Below, piece after piece: positions 1 through 9,479 of a stretch of DNA of 64,000 nt (position 1 is the first letter of the stretch; the number at the start of each line of letters is the position of its first letter). Origin of the DNA: a virus. Lineage: Duplodnaviria; Caudoviricetes. The stretch lies in IMG/VR virus record IMGVR_UViG_3300031565_000020, positions 758 through 64,757 of that record; one strand, 5' to 3'. The position numbers were made by a program, and so were the translations under genes. The notes under the pieces are model-generated. The model searched no databases. It was not told where the DNA came from and saw nothing but the letters and a program-made list of their open reading frames with translations.

Positions 1-2
1 TA

Positions 3-899
3 GAAGATCTTAAATCATATGTAACAACTTATTGTGGATATGTAATAAGAGATTGTGATCCCGCATTACATAATGGAAATAATTTTTATGTTGATGGTAC
101 AGAGTGTACAGACGATGTTAAGCCGTATTTGGGTACCATCTATTATGAAAAGATGATCGATGTAAAAAATAGCATTGATCAGCGCAGAAAGTTACAGGAA
201 GAGATGAAAAAAGAACATACTGACAAAACGAATACAGTACGGCATATATATTTTCAAAATATAGAAATTGCAGTGGATTGTTTAGGTCGTTGTAGGTATA
301 AGAATGATGGTATATATCATGCCTCTTATAATATATTGGCGGCTATAAAAATTATTAAAAGTTTGGATCTTATGCCCTGGGCTGGTCCTAGAAATTTTAT
401 AACGTATAAAGGTTATACATGTACAATTAAGAATTTTCGATTTGTATATCAAGATGATGCAGGTATACTTTGGAAAGAGTGGGATAATATAAATGATTTT
501 TTGGACTATATAGACATGGTAGAAAAGGAAAAACAAGAAAAAAGAACAGTAAACGAACATACTACCGTATACAAAAAAGAGGCCCTAAGAAAATCAAGAC
601 CTTCACCAGATGTTTTTGTGTTCAAAACATCTGGTGAAGGCAATATAAGAATGTATAAGGGACGTGTGATAAGTAAAGCCAGACGCGACGACACAACAGG
701 ATATTACCAAGTCAAATGTTTTCATAGGAAGACAAAAAATGCAAAAATGTTTACGCTAATTACTACGGAAAAAGTATATCCATCTACCCCGGAACTTGAA
801 AAAGAGTATAATTTCTATTTGGAACGTGTATGTTATATGCAGGAACAAATTAACCGATTAATTAAAAAACTAAATAGGCCAAAAAGGAAAGACAAGTGA
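3..899 (+). CDS. hypothetical early protein, 5' end outside the window
   Basis: Frame of ORF 129..899 is open back to position 3 (EDLKSYVTTYCGY...), so the TTG at 129 is probably not the true start; shares a domain with the next ORF. Confidence 0.75.
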   Translation, partial: EDLKSYVTTYCGYVIRDCDPALHNGNNFYVDGTECTDDVKPYLGTIYYEKMIDVKNSIDQRRKLQEEMKKEHTDKTNTVRHIYFQNIEIAVDCLGRCRYKNDGIYHASYNILAAIKIIKSLDLMPWAGPRNFITYKGYTCTIKNFRFVYQDDAGILWKEWDNINDFLDYIDMVEKEKQEKRTVNEHTTVYKKEALRKSRPSPDVFVFKTSGEGNIRMYKGRVISKARRDDTTGYYQVKCFHRKTKNAKMFTLITTEKVYPSTPELEKEYNFYLERVCYMQEQINRLIKKLNRPKRKDK

Positions 900-1435
900 T
901 AAAAGAAAAATATATTTGGTATGGTATAGACCAAATAGTATATAAAGATAATCGTTTTTACTGTGATATTTGCGGAACAATAGAACATAAACCAAATATA
1001 CAGTTAGCTTTGCAAAGTATTGATAATATGCATAATAAAACATCTATTTTTTTTGGGTATAAAACTGTTACGTATATTGGTTATACTATAACCGTGTTTT
1101 CGCTACATGTGGATCTGCATGTAGATAATAATGTGTTATCTTTTCCAGACATATCTGAGGCTATTGCTTGGGTGGATAGGATAAAAAAAGAAAAACAAGA
1201 AAAAAGAATACTGGAAATTTCACAAAAAGACGTAAAAGCGGCCATAAGCGATGCATTAGAAAAAGTATTATTGAAAGGTGCAAGGGAAGCGAATGAAAAG
1301 ACCGATAAAGTCTATCACGTAACGTCAGAACTTGAAACTACATATACAAATTATATTACAGAAAAAGATAAATTTGAAAAACATTTGAATACGCTTCTGG
1401 CCGAAATAAAAAAGAATGTAGAAGCTAACCAATGA
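896..1435 (+). CDS. hypothetical protein, partial paralogue of the upstream ORF
   Basis: 179 aa, GTGA overlap with upstream stop; shares TY.GYT and KEKQEKR segments. Confidence 0.75.
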   Translation: MIKEKYIWYGIDQIVYKDNRFYCDICGTIEHKPNIQLALQSIDNMHNKTSIFFGYKTVTYIGYTITVFSLHVDLHVDNNVLSFPDISEAIAWVDRIKKEKQEKRILEISQKDVKAAISDALEKVLLKGAREANEKTDKVYHVTSELETTYTNYITEKDKFEKHLNTLLAEIKKNVEANQ

Positions 1436-1484
1436 TATTCAGTAACGGATATCAGCAAACAGTAAAGGTGACTGGAGTTAAACA

Positions 1485-1733
1485 ATGAGTACAGAATTTG
1501 ATACTTTTATTTTTATAATGCTAAGAATAGATGAGGACGTAAAAGCGTACCAATCCGAAAACGGCATAATATATTTTGATAAAGACGGTTTGTTTGTTCT
1601 GAGAGATATCATAAAAAACATATTAGATACGCTAATTGACGGACTTGCAAACACGGATTTAGCCGCGAGTCTCTTTCTTTCCGGATACGGCTTTAGATTA
1701 CCAAAGAGGGATATGACAAATGAACAAGATTAA
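1485..1733 (+). CDS. hypothetical protein
   Basis: 82 aa, GGAG RBS. Confidence 0.65.
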   Translation: MSTEFDTFIFIMLRIDEDVKAYQSENGIIYFDKDGLFVLRDIIKNILDTLIDGLANTDLAASLFLSGYGFRLPKRDMTNEQD

Positions 1734-1932
1734 AGGTAGAGACTATGGAGTGGGTAAATTTCAAAAACATCTGTATGGCAAACCACGTCATTTTAGATCA
1801 GACTACACACAGAAAAATAGCCCCTTCAAAGGTTGTTTTGGCCGGTGTAAATATTTAATCGTTAGACAACTACCAGTGTTAAAAAAAAATAATATATTAC
1901 AATTATTCGTGGATTATGGACTGGAACGATAA
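1720..1932 (+). CDS. small basic hypothetical protein
   Basis: 70 aa, overlaps upstream gene end. Confidence 0.5.
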   Translation: MNKIKGRDYGVGKFQKHLYGKPRHFRSDYTQKNSPFKGCFGRCKYLIVRQLPVLKKNNILQLFVDYGLER

Positions 1933-1963
1933 AAAATAACATGCAGAAAGGGAGCGTAAGAGG

Positions 1964-2320
1964 ATGATGAAAATGGAAAGATTTTACGGGATATTATATA
2001 GGGATTGCGAAGCAGTACAACGCGGAATGAAAGACTTTGCCACAATAACGATTAAGGTCGACGCAATTGATGCTGTCGTTGAAGCGGTGCAAAATTATGA
2101 TGTATTGTACCACATACAAAAGGCGGACGATTTGGACGTATGGGTAGCATTGCACATATATAAAGACCCCATCATGAAAGAAATTATACAACAACTACCG
2201 GACGATCCAAATACAGCATATGATCATTATACCAATGGCAAGGCATATGGGTACCGGTCGGATCAGATTTTTAATTTTATCCGGGAACTACAAATGTCAG
2301 GAAAGATAAGGAAACAATAA
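1964..2320 (+). CDS. hypothetical protein
   Basis: 118 aa, purine-rich RBS. Confidence 0.7.
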   Translation: MMKMERFYGILYRDCEAVQRGMKDFATITIKVDAIDAVVEAVQNYDVLYHIQKADDLDVWVALHIYKDPIMKEIIQQLPDDPNTAYDHYTNGKAYGYRSDQIFNFIRELQMSGKIRKQ

Positions 2321-2491
2321 AGAAATATGCATGCTATGCGGGTAAAAATACAATACCTGTGTGAAAAAACAGTATACCACCAGTATACTTGCATAGCAAA
2401 ATGTAGATGATAGTACTCATTATGTATACTTTTTCGCATAATGAGTACTTTGACCATAAATTAAAAAATAAACAATAGAAGAGGGGTTAAA

Positions 2492-3616
2492 ATGAGATTA
2501 GAAAAATTCAAAAATGTATGGGATATCATAGTATTCTTTACAAGTATACCGATTATACTTGTGTTTACGTTCGGTATAATTCTTATGAGAATAGACGGAC
2601 TGTCAAGATATGTCGTTAGTTTGGTGGTAATGGGCGCAGTGGGTATAACCTCTATCGAATATATTGTTGGTTTCATTGTAAGTAGTATAATAAAAGAAAG
2701 AAAAGCAAAAGAAAAAAACATAAAAGAATATAGTGAACAATATGCAAAGATAATTAACCGTGCAGACACTACTAGCAATCCTTGTGGAGTAGTGAAAAAA
2801 AAACAAACAGACATATTGAAATACATTAAGAATTTCGCTGATCATCAAAAAGTCATAATCCGGATAAGTACTGCTAGTCCATATATGGCAGACAGTGTTA
2901 CCATGTTTATACAAAGCAAGGAAGAAAGACTTGATAAACCCGGATTATGTGCCACGTATCAACTCAATGGCGATAAACCCCTTGCGCAGTATCTACATGG
3001 TTTTTATGCTGCATATGTTGAACATAATCAATCACAAGAAACGCGGGAAGGTGTTAATGTGGATCATAAGGCAGGCCATACACAACTGGTTTGTAGCAGT
3101 AAGGATTGTAATAATGTGTTTAAACATGGTGATGCTAATTGGGATAGTATACAATGGTGTGAGTTAACAAAAGCATTTCTATGTGTGGTGTGTTGTAACG
3201 AAACACACAGGCATGCTTCTATTAATATGTGTTGCGAATGTCGTGTGTTTGATGATGTTGAATATACAAAAGAAGAAGGCAGTGATTGTGGTAAGAAGGA
3301 AGAGCAGGAATATAAAGAAAAATACTGGAATAATGTTTACGCCACAATGGGAATTGGTGATCTTGCACGAGAAAGCAAACACAACAGAACTTGCTGTGTT
3401 TGCGCTTATAGTGTAGCTCCAAGCGAGAAAGATTACACTGAATTTAGGTTTTGTAGTAGTAGAGATTCTACTATATGTCACAGCTGTTGTGATCATATAT
3501 GTAACTTAATTGGTGATCGGGAGTGTCAAGACTGTACAGTGTTTAACAAAGCGGCTACACCCAAAACAACTAAAGAACGAAAAACATCCGTTGGCGGTAG
3601 AGTGGATGAGGGATAA
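2492..3616 (+). CDS. membrane-anchored protein with two Cys-rich repeats
   Basis: Two N-terminal hydrophobic helices; two C-terminal blocks ending C..CC...C.(E/D)C.VF. Confidence 0.75.
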   Translation: MRLEKFKNVWDIIVFFTSIPIILVFTFGIILMRIDGLSRYVVSLVVMGAVGITSIEYIVGFIVSSIIKERKAKEKNIKEYSEQYAKIINRADTTSNPCGVVKKKQTDILKYIKNFADHQKVIIRISTASPYMADSVTMFIQSKEERLDKPGLCATYQLNGDKPLAQYLHGFYAAYVEHNQSQETREGVNVDHKAGHTQLVCSSKDCNNVFKHGDANWDSIQWCELTKAFLCVVCCNETHRHASINMCCECRVFDDVEYTKEEGSDCGKKEEQEYKEKYWNNVYATMGIGDLARESKHNRTCCVCAYSVAPSEKDYTEFRFCSSRDSTICHSCCDHICNLIGDRECQDCTVFNKAATPKTTKERKTSVGGRVDEG

Positions 3617-3794
3617 TTGAATTATCACCTATTAAGGGTTTGGCCTGGTTAACATAGTCACGTAATCACTCGGTATGAGTGATATAATTATATTTATTTT
3701 TGAATGATATGTATGGATCTGGGATGTTTGTTACATGTTCCGGATCTTTTTAGTTGGTACCATAAAATAATTATAAAAATAAATAAAAAACTTG

Positions 3795-3823
3795 TTGACA
3801 AAAACAAAGAACTGTATTATACT
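3795..3823 (+). promoter_or_regulatory. sigma70-type early promoter, repeat copy 1
   Basis: TTGACA-17nt-TATACT; identical to copies at 9398 and 14917(-). Confidence 0.85.
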
Positions 3824-3872
3824 TAGTATAGTAAGGCAGTTAGCCCGAACAAATAACTTTAAGGTGGTACTT

Positions 3873-4103
3873 ATGGAAATTATACAAGTAACTAATGGTT
3901 GGGGAAGCAAATCAGATCAAGAGGGTATAGCAGTAGGTAGAAAATATTTTTACACCTATTACCTTAATAATAATGGAGAGTGGATTAAAAATGGAAAACA
4001 TAAAATAAACAAAAACAAAGAATTAGTTAAAGCTTATCGGGATAATGACAAGAGTGTATTGAAAGAAGAATGTAACAAAGAAAAATACTGGATAAATGAC
4101 TAG
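3873..4103 (+). CDS. small early protein
   Basis: ATG preceded by AAGGTGGTACTT leader; the track's 3792 start lies inside the promoter. Confidence 0.7.
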   Translation: MEIIQVTNGWGSKSDQEGIAVGRKYFYTYYLNNNGEWIKNGKHKINKNKELVKAYRDNDKSVLKEECNKEKYWIND

Positions 4104-4144
4104 GAATATTTTTAGGTAAAATAAAAGAAATTAAGGTGGTATGT

Positions 4145-4513
4145 ATGAACAAAGACAAACAGCAGTATGAATTTAAAGCACGTAGCAGCAGCACGGCAGT
4201 TCAAAAACAACGTGCTATATTAGATGATCGTGCGTATGACTGGTACTTTGATTTTGCGTTGGATTACATTGAAGTTAGTATAGATGTGCGAGGTTTAGAC
4301 TTTTCATTCAAACCGGATGAAATGAGATTGTACATCAAAGCAAGGACTATGAACATCAAAGCAAGGACTATGATTCCTAATTCAAAAGAATGGTTTACGG
4401 TTGTATTTAAAAGCCTTAAGCAGTCCGGAATTATTAAACAAGTGTTGACTGGTAATGTACACGGTATTGTATATGACAATCCGTTTTTAGGGTACTTGCT
4501 GGCAAGTAGGTAG
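4145..4513 (+). CDS. hypothetical early protein
   Basis: AAGGTGGT leader before ATG 4145; followed by hairpin AAAGGCGG/CCGCCTTT. Confidence 0.7.
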   Translation: MNKDKQQYEFKARSSSTAVQKQRAILDDRAYDWYFDFALDYIEVSIDVRGLDFSFKPDEMRLYIKARTMNIKARTMIPNSKEWFTVVFKSLKQSGIIKQVLTGNVHGIVYDNPFLGYLLASR

Positions 4514-4728
4514 TAACAAAGGCGGTGTAAAAGCCGCCTTTGTTATAATATATGGAGTAAAACAATGACAGTAAATAAATGTAGCATCCGTGGCATACAT
4601 TATTACACATACACAGGAAATAATGTATTTATTGCTGGTGATCTGGTTGGTATATGCCACGGATGCTACACAACGAGAAAAGAAATACAACGAAAGTGGC
4701 TACGAAGAGCCAACATAAGGAAATATAA

Positions 4729-5001
4729 ATGAAAAAGTTAAAACCAATTAACGCGGCATTACAGTTTTTAAGCCGGTACGTGCAAAAAGGGGCGCCAAAT
4801 AACCAATATTTTACAAAAAAGGCTTTATTTACTTACATGGATGAACATGGGGTGAAAATCAACAAATTTGATAAATGTCTTATACTGCTTAACTTAGAGA
4901 CAGCACATTTCATTGAATATGATGAACATTGTGACGCATTTCATGTGGATATTGGCAGTAGCTTAGTTTGTGAAATTTTAAAAAAATATATTGTGTATTA
5001 G
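4729..5001 (+). CDS. hypothetical protein
   Basis: 90 aa, AAGGA RBS. Confidence 0.65.
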   Translation: MKKLKPINAALQFLSRYVQKGAPNNQYFTKKALFTYMDEHGVKINKFDKCLILLNLETAHFIEYDEHCDAFHVDIGSSLVCEILKKYIVY

Positions 5002-5011
5002 GAGTACAACA

Positions 5012-5242
5012 ATGAGTAGCAGTATCGAAATATCTGCGAAACAATATGAGATACAGGGCAATGTGTATGATGCAAAGATAATAGTCAAGACAAATGAAAT
5101 GACCCGTTTAGATCTAAACGGGTTGTCAGATGAACAGCTAAAAGAGGCGTTAATGACTGTTGATTTTGATCAACTAATGGATTTCATATCTAGCAATTAT
5201 GATGAGGAATTCAAATCATATATTAATGATTTGGAAGATTAA
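5012..5242 (+). CDS. small acidic hypothetical protein
   Basis: AGGAG RBS before ATG 5012; followed by hairpin AACCAGG/CCTGGTT and T-run. Confidence 0.65.
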   Translation: MSSSIEISAKQYEIQGNVYDAKIIVKTNEMTRLDLNGLSDEQLKEALMTVDFDQLMDFISSNYDEEFKSYINDLED

Positions 5243-5288
5243 CACATAACCAGGCAATAAACCTGGTTATTTTTTTATATATTTTTTG

Positions 5289-5317
5289 TTGACAAAAACA
5301 ACTTATTGCAGTAATAT
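5289..5317 (+). promoter_or_regulatory. early promoter, same family
   Basis: TTGTTGACAAAAACAA core; TTGACA-17nt-TAATAT. Confidence 0.7.
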
Positions 5318-5347
5318 ACGTATATCAACATAATAGGAAGGTGAGGA

Positions 5348-6493
5348 ATGAAAGACTACAAATATATTAAGGTAAAAAATAAGTTTTATAAGCGGGTATA
5401 TAGTACAAGACCACATCACAACAGGTGTGATGTATGCGATTTAGATTCGAAATGTATTAGTGGTGATATATATGGTTGCCAGGCTTATAATTATAAGCCT
5501 GGCAACACAGCTTGTTCATTCAAAGAAGTATTAGAATTGCCCGTTGGCGCCGTGATATGGTCATATGATGAAAATATGGCAATGATCTTTAAATCGGCAG
5601 TTGTTCAAAATTCGCAATGTAGGCATTGTCTTTTTGGCATTGCATCAAGAGCTGGGGTTTGTGATGTTCCATACGAACTAAATTGTGGTAACGTAAACGG
5701 TATTCATTTTGAACATCACAAACCACACAGAAACACAGAGCAGCTTTTAGCCATGGGTAAAGGGCACAATCAATCTAAGGCGTTTCGTCGGTATAGTGTT
5801 TATGATTGTATTTATGTAGGTCTGGACAAAAGCGACGGTGCCGACAGTACGGTAAATGATTTTGAACAGGCAATGAAGGATACCCAAGAAACATTGCAGC
5901 AGACGCACAAAAAGGCACTAAATACGGCATTTTTTAAGCTTGGCGGAAAAATATACGAAGAATGTAAAGATTGTGCTACCTGTCGTGATTGCGTTGCTGT
6001 TCATAGTGTGTCTCTATGTAAGATTTTGAAGGGAGTAAGGAAAAAATGCGGTACCTGTGGAACGGTGATCTTCAAACAGGTTAATACATTGCTGCCTGGT
6101 ACAGTGCTATATGATTATGATACAGGGCGTTATTTGATTGTAATGAAAGACACTGATAGGGGTCAACGTGTTACATGCTTTCCTGTATGTGTAGCAGCGA
6201 ACGCAGATGGAAGTTGTACAACAGGGAAAAAATTTAATTGTGCCAATATACATTTTGCAATGTATACACAGGAGCAACCGAAAATTAAAGACCCTGCATA
6301 TTATGTAATAAAAGACGGTGACAAATACTTTACGGGTGTATATGGTGAACAACCAATGCATTTAGCACAGATACATTTTGCGCGGATATTTGATGACATT
6401 ACGGTTGCACATAGAATGCTTACTGTGTACAAAACAGACAATAAAAAATATACCGGCGCAATCCGAACGATTACAATTAGTGAAATAGATTAA
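5348..6493 (+). CDS. Cys-rich early protein with duplicated domain
   Basis: 381 aa, many CxxC; N-terminus MKDYKYIK.KNKFY shared with 6551..6928. Confidence 0.8.
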   Translation: MKDYKYIKVKNKFYKRVYSTRPHHNRCDVCDLDSKCISGDIYGCQAYNYKPGNTACSFKEVLELPVGAVIWSYDENMAMIFKSAVVQNSQCRHCLFGIASRAGVCDVPYELNCGNVNGIHFEHHKPHRNTEQLLAMGKGHNQSKAFRRYSVYDCIYVGLDKSDGADSTVNDFEQAMKDTQETLQQTHKKALNTAFFKLGGKIYEECKDCATCRDCVAVHSVSLCKILKGVRKKCGTCGTVIFKQVNTLLPGTVLYDYDTGRYLIVMKDTDRGQRVTCFPVCVAANADGSCTTGKKFNCANIHFAMYTQEQPKIKDPAYYVIKDGDKYFTGVYGEQPMHLAQIHFARIFDDITVAHRMLTVYKTDNKKYTGAIRTITISEID

Positions 6494-6500
6494 AAAGTTG

Positions 6501-6529
6501 TTGACAAAAACAAGTTAATGGATTATAAA
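6501..6529 (+). promoter_or_regulatory. early promoter, same family
   Basis: TTGTTGACAAAAACAA core; TTGACA-17nt-TATAAA. Confidence 0.7.
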
Positions 6530-6550
6530 TTAAGATAAAGGAGTAGAGAA

Positions 6551-6928
6551 ATGAAAGACTACAAATATATTAAATTTAAAAATAAATTTTATGAATGCAT
6601 CCCAGGTCAATTGGAATGTGATAAAGATTGTGATTTACAAAAGATGTGTACGACGAGCGAGGCAATGGATGGTTGTTATGAAGATTGGAAAGACGAAGAG
6701 AGTTGCGTATTAAAGCAAATAACTCAAATCCCAATTGGTGCTGCGGTGTGGTCATATGATGAAAATAAAGCGATTGTTGTAGTAGTTGATATAAAAGATA
6801 AAACATGCGGTAGTTGTAGGCCGTGTGTGTATTATGGAAATTGTCCGTTTCCTGATGACAGACATTGTTATGTCTATAACCGAAAAGGCTATCGAGCCTC
6901 GCATTTTGAAGTGTATAAATTAGGATAA
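6551..6928 (+). CDS. Cys-rich early protein, paralogue of 5348..6493
   Basis: Shares MKDYKYIK.KNKFY and GA..WSYDEN.A motifs. Confidence 0.8.
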   Translation: MKDYKYIKFKNKFYECIPGQLECDKDCDLQKMCTTSEAMDGCYEDWKDEESCVLKQITQIPIGAAVWSYDENKAIVVVVDIKDKTCGSCRPCVYYGNCPFPDDRHCYVYNRKGYRASHFEVYKLG

Positions 6929-6940
6929 AGGGGGTAAATA

Positions 6941-7189
6941 ATGAGAATGCGGAAGATAAATTTTTCAAGATTTTATGGCAGCGACATAAAAAATGCTTAT
7001 AGAGGCAGTGAACCAATTGATTACATATTATTGCACGAAATTGCAGCAGAGGATATTGGCTGCCTTAAATGTGGCGGTGATAATTTTGTTTGGGACTGTG
7101 TAAGACAAGATGGTTGTATTGAATTTACATGTCGCGAATGTGGTTGTGTTGCAAAGTTGGAATGGCATGTAAAGTGGAGTCAAAAATGA
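6941..7189 (+). CDS. small zinc-ribbon-like protein
   Basis: CLKCG...CRECG. Confidence 0.6.
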   Translation: MRMRKINFSRFYGSDIKNAYRGSEPIDYILLHEIAAEDIGCLKCGGDNFVWDCVRQDGCIEFTCRECGCVAKLEWHVKWSQK

Positions 7190-7269
7190 ATAAATGAACA
7201 GATATTCCATGGTTAATAAGGCAAAATAACACAAACATAGTTTGTGAATATATATTTATAGGAGATAAA

Positions 7270-7926
7270 ATGAGAAAGATGATTTTTTTAGTGCTGCTTT
7301 TGGCACTGCTTACAACAGGGATTAACGCAATTGGACTTATGCAGTACGAGCAAACAATTATACAGGATAATGTCAGAGCGTCTTGCGCGGCCTCTTCGAT
7401 ACTGGTAGTGTATAGTGAAATATTCGGTACACCTCTTGACCCGTCATTAGAACAGTATGTGCACGAGAGAGTGTATACACCGGGACTGGGAGCAATGGCT
7501 ACAGACATGTTTAATTTTCTTCAAACGCATTGGCAAATGGCCGGACGCGTCAAGATTATCACATATAAGCAATATAATTTTGATGCTGTGACAGCCGAGC
7601 TCAAACCAATTTATGAGGCCGTCTTCACACAGGAAGAAGCGCGGCTTTTTGAGCTGCAAAAAAAGTATCAAAAAGAAATTAAAATCTATGATGGTGCGCC
7701 GAATATTAAGGAGTTTGTTGATTACATTTTGACAACGCCTGCTGCAAAATCAATTAACTTAATTGTTGTGAACAACCAAATATTGCATTGGGTACTGATA
7801 AGAGGGATTGACGGTTTCATTGCAGTTATGGACCCGCTAACGGGTGAAAACACACTATATACCCCGGATCAATATGTGAAAGAATTTAAGCTGGTGACAA
7901 CAGGAATATCGATTGAAGTGTTATAA
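7270..7926 (+). CDS. exported C39-like (papain-fold) peptidase
   Basis: Signal-peptide-like MRKMIFLVLLLALLTTGINA; Q...SCAASS (Cys), HWVLIRG (His), VMDP (Asp) in C39-like order. Confidence 0.65.
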   Translation: MRKMIFLVLLLALLTTGINAIGLMQYEQTIIQDNVRASCAASSILVVYSEIFGTPLDPSLEQYVHERVYTPGLGAMATDMFNFLQTHWQMAGRVKIITYKQYNFDAVTAELKPIYEAVFTQEEARLFELQKKYQKEIKIYDGAPNIKEFVDYILTTPAAKSINLIVVNNQILHWVLIRGIDGFIAVMDPLTGENTLYTPDQYVKEFKLVTTGISIEVL

Positions 7927-8235
7927 ATAAGTGTTAAGTGACCATAATTAAACACAGCATTAAATGAACAATACAGGGGGTAAATTAAACAAACGGTACA
8001 AAAAGTGGTATGTAACCCATACATATGTACACGTTTAATTTACCCCTTTTTAGTGTAAATGAGAGGAGGGTATAAATGGGTAAATGTAAAGATTGTAAAA
8101 AATGGTGGTACTGCTCTGTTTTTTATTTTACAAGCTTTGTCACTTATATTGTGAATACATTAGACAGGATAACGGAAGGACTTAAAAAAACTTATAGAAG
8201 AAAATAAAGAAAAGAAGAAAGGAGAATAAAAAGAA

Positions 8236-8391
8236 TTGTCGAACACGTCAAATGAAAAAAGTGGTAAATATTATGAATGTATACCAGCGCAAGAGAGGGT
8301 GTATGTAGATAAGTGGTGCCTTGTGATATTCAAAAACTATCAAGGCACCACACACATAAAAGAATTTAAATTATTAAATAAGGAGTGGTAA
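8236..8391 (+). CDS. small ORF, possible remnant of the Cys-rich family
   Basis: TTG start after GGAG; KYYECIP resembles KFYECIP of 6551..6928; stop abuts ATG 8392. Confidence 0.35.
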   Translation: MSNTSNEKSGKYYECIPAQERVYVDKWCLVIFKNYQGTTHIKEFKLLNKEW

Positions 8392-8625
8392 ATGTTTATA
8401 GAATTAACGGTAGCAGTAATTTTTGTTGGAATTAGGGACCAACCTATATACGTCAATGTAAATAATATTACAACAATAGAACCCTGCATCACTGTAGATA
8501 GTGATGCAGTATGGGGTAGTACTGTAACTTGTGGGAGTGGGAACCATTTTACGGTAAAAGAAAAATATGAAGAAATTAAGAAAATGATTAACAACGTATT
8601 AATAGGAGTACACAATGACGTATAA
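8392..8625 (+). CDS. FlbD/SwrD-like small protein
   Basis: MFIELT...IYVNVNNITTIEP...TVT...FTVKEKYEEI pattern; AGGAG RBS. Confidence 0.5.
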   Translation: MFIELTVAVIFVGIRDQPIYVNVNNITTIEPCITVDSDAVWGSTVTCGSGNHFTVKEKYEEIKKMINNVLIGVHNDV

Positions 8626-9253
8626 AAAAGCCCAAATACAGACACCAATAGGTGCGAAAGAAGCTTATGACGTGCAGCAATTACATTATATTGATAATAT
8701 TGAGCCCTACTTACGTGATGATGGCAAATACGATTTCCCGCTTAACATATTGTTCAAATATGAGAATGCAATATATCAAGTAGCGGAGGGTTATCTTTGT
8801 ATGCAGTGTGATATGGAGAAATGTAAAAACTTTTGGTGTTCAAGCGTACACCGTTCGGATGCAACGTATGCATGGTATAAAAAAATATGTGACATACCAA
8901 AAACCCACACAAAAGAGCAAGTGGATAAAAAATCAATCACTGCCGCCGACCAACGAAATGAAATGAAGAAGTTTGTAAATATTAATTACAAATTGAAAAC
9001 AACACAGAAAAAAATCAAGACATTAACAGAGCTAAACAAGCCATACCAGGATAACAGCCTACCACACTTCAAAAATGCACCCTTCAACGAGATTATACGT
9101 AGCAGGTTGCAACTATGTGATCATTTACTATTCTTTCAATTTGGACAGCATATACAAGCCGTAATCAAAGATAATCAAATTATTGAAGTTCGTTTTACCA
9201 AATCCAATGAAAAAATTATTACTTTTCCACTTGACAATGAGAAAAATAAGTAG
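8615..9253 (+). CDS. hypothetical protein
   Basis: 212 aa, AGGAG RBS, central Cys cluster. Confidence 0.7.
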   Translation: MTYKKAQIQTPIGAKEAYDVQQLHYIDNIEPYLRDDGKYDFPLNILFKYENAIYQVAEGYLCMQCDMEKCKNFWCSSVHRSDATYAWYKKICDIPKTHTKEQVDKKSITAADQRNEMKKFVNINYKLKTTQKKIKTLTELNKPYQDNSLPHFKNAPFNEIIRSRLQLCDHLLFFQFGQHIQAVIKDNQIIEVRFTKSNEKIITFPLDNEKNK

Positions 9254-9322
9254 TACTGTAGTAATACTTTAATACTACTAATATTAATACTTACCTTTCC
9301 AAAATCCTAAAAATCCTTATGT

Positions 9323-9370
9323 AAAAGCTTTTCCGGTATTTCCTAATTTAACCGGAAAAGCTTTTTATTT
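9323..9370. terminator. bidirectional terminator-like hairpin
   Basis: AAAAGCTTTTCCGGT / ACCGGAAAAGCTTTT perfect inverted repeat with T-run. Confidence 0.65.
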
Positions 9371-9397
9371 TATTTCAAACAATTATTTAAATAATTG

Positions 9398-9426
9398 TTG
9401 ACAAAAACAAAGAACTGTATTATACT
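9398..9426 (+). promoter_or_regulatory. sigma70-type early promoter, repeat copy 2
   Basis: TTGACAAAAACAAAGAACTGTATTATACT identical to 3795-3823. Confidence 0.85.
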
Positions 9427-9479
9427 TAAAGTAACCGGTTGTTAACCGTATTTATTTACTTTTTTTTGAGGTGGTACTT

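Noticed and set aside
3792-3872. Identical N-terminus MLTKTKNCIILSIVR on ORFs 3792 and 14920(-)
   Set aside because: Translation of the repeated promoter from a TTG; better starts with RBS at 3873 and 14857
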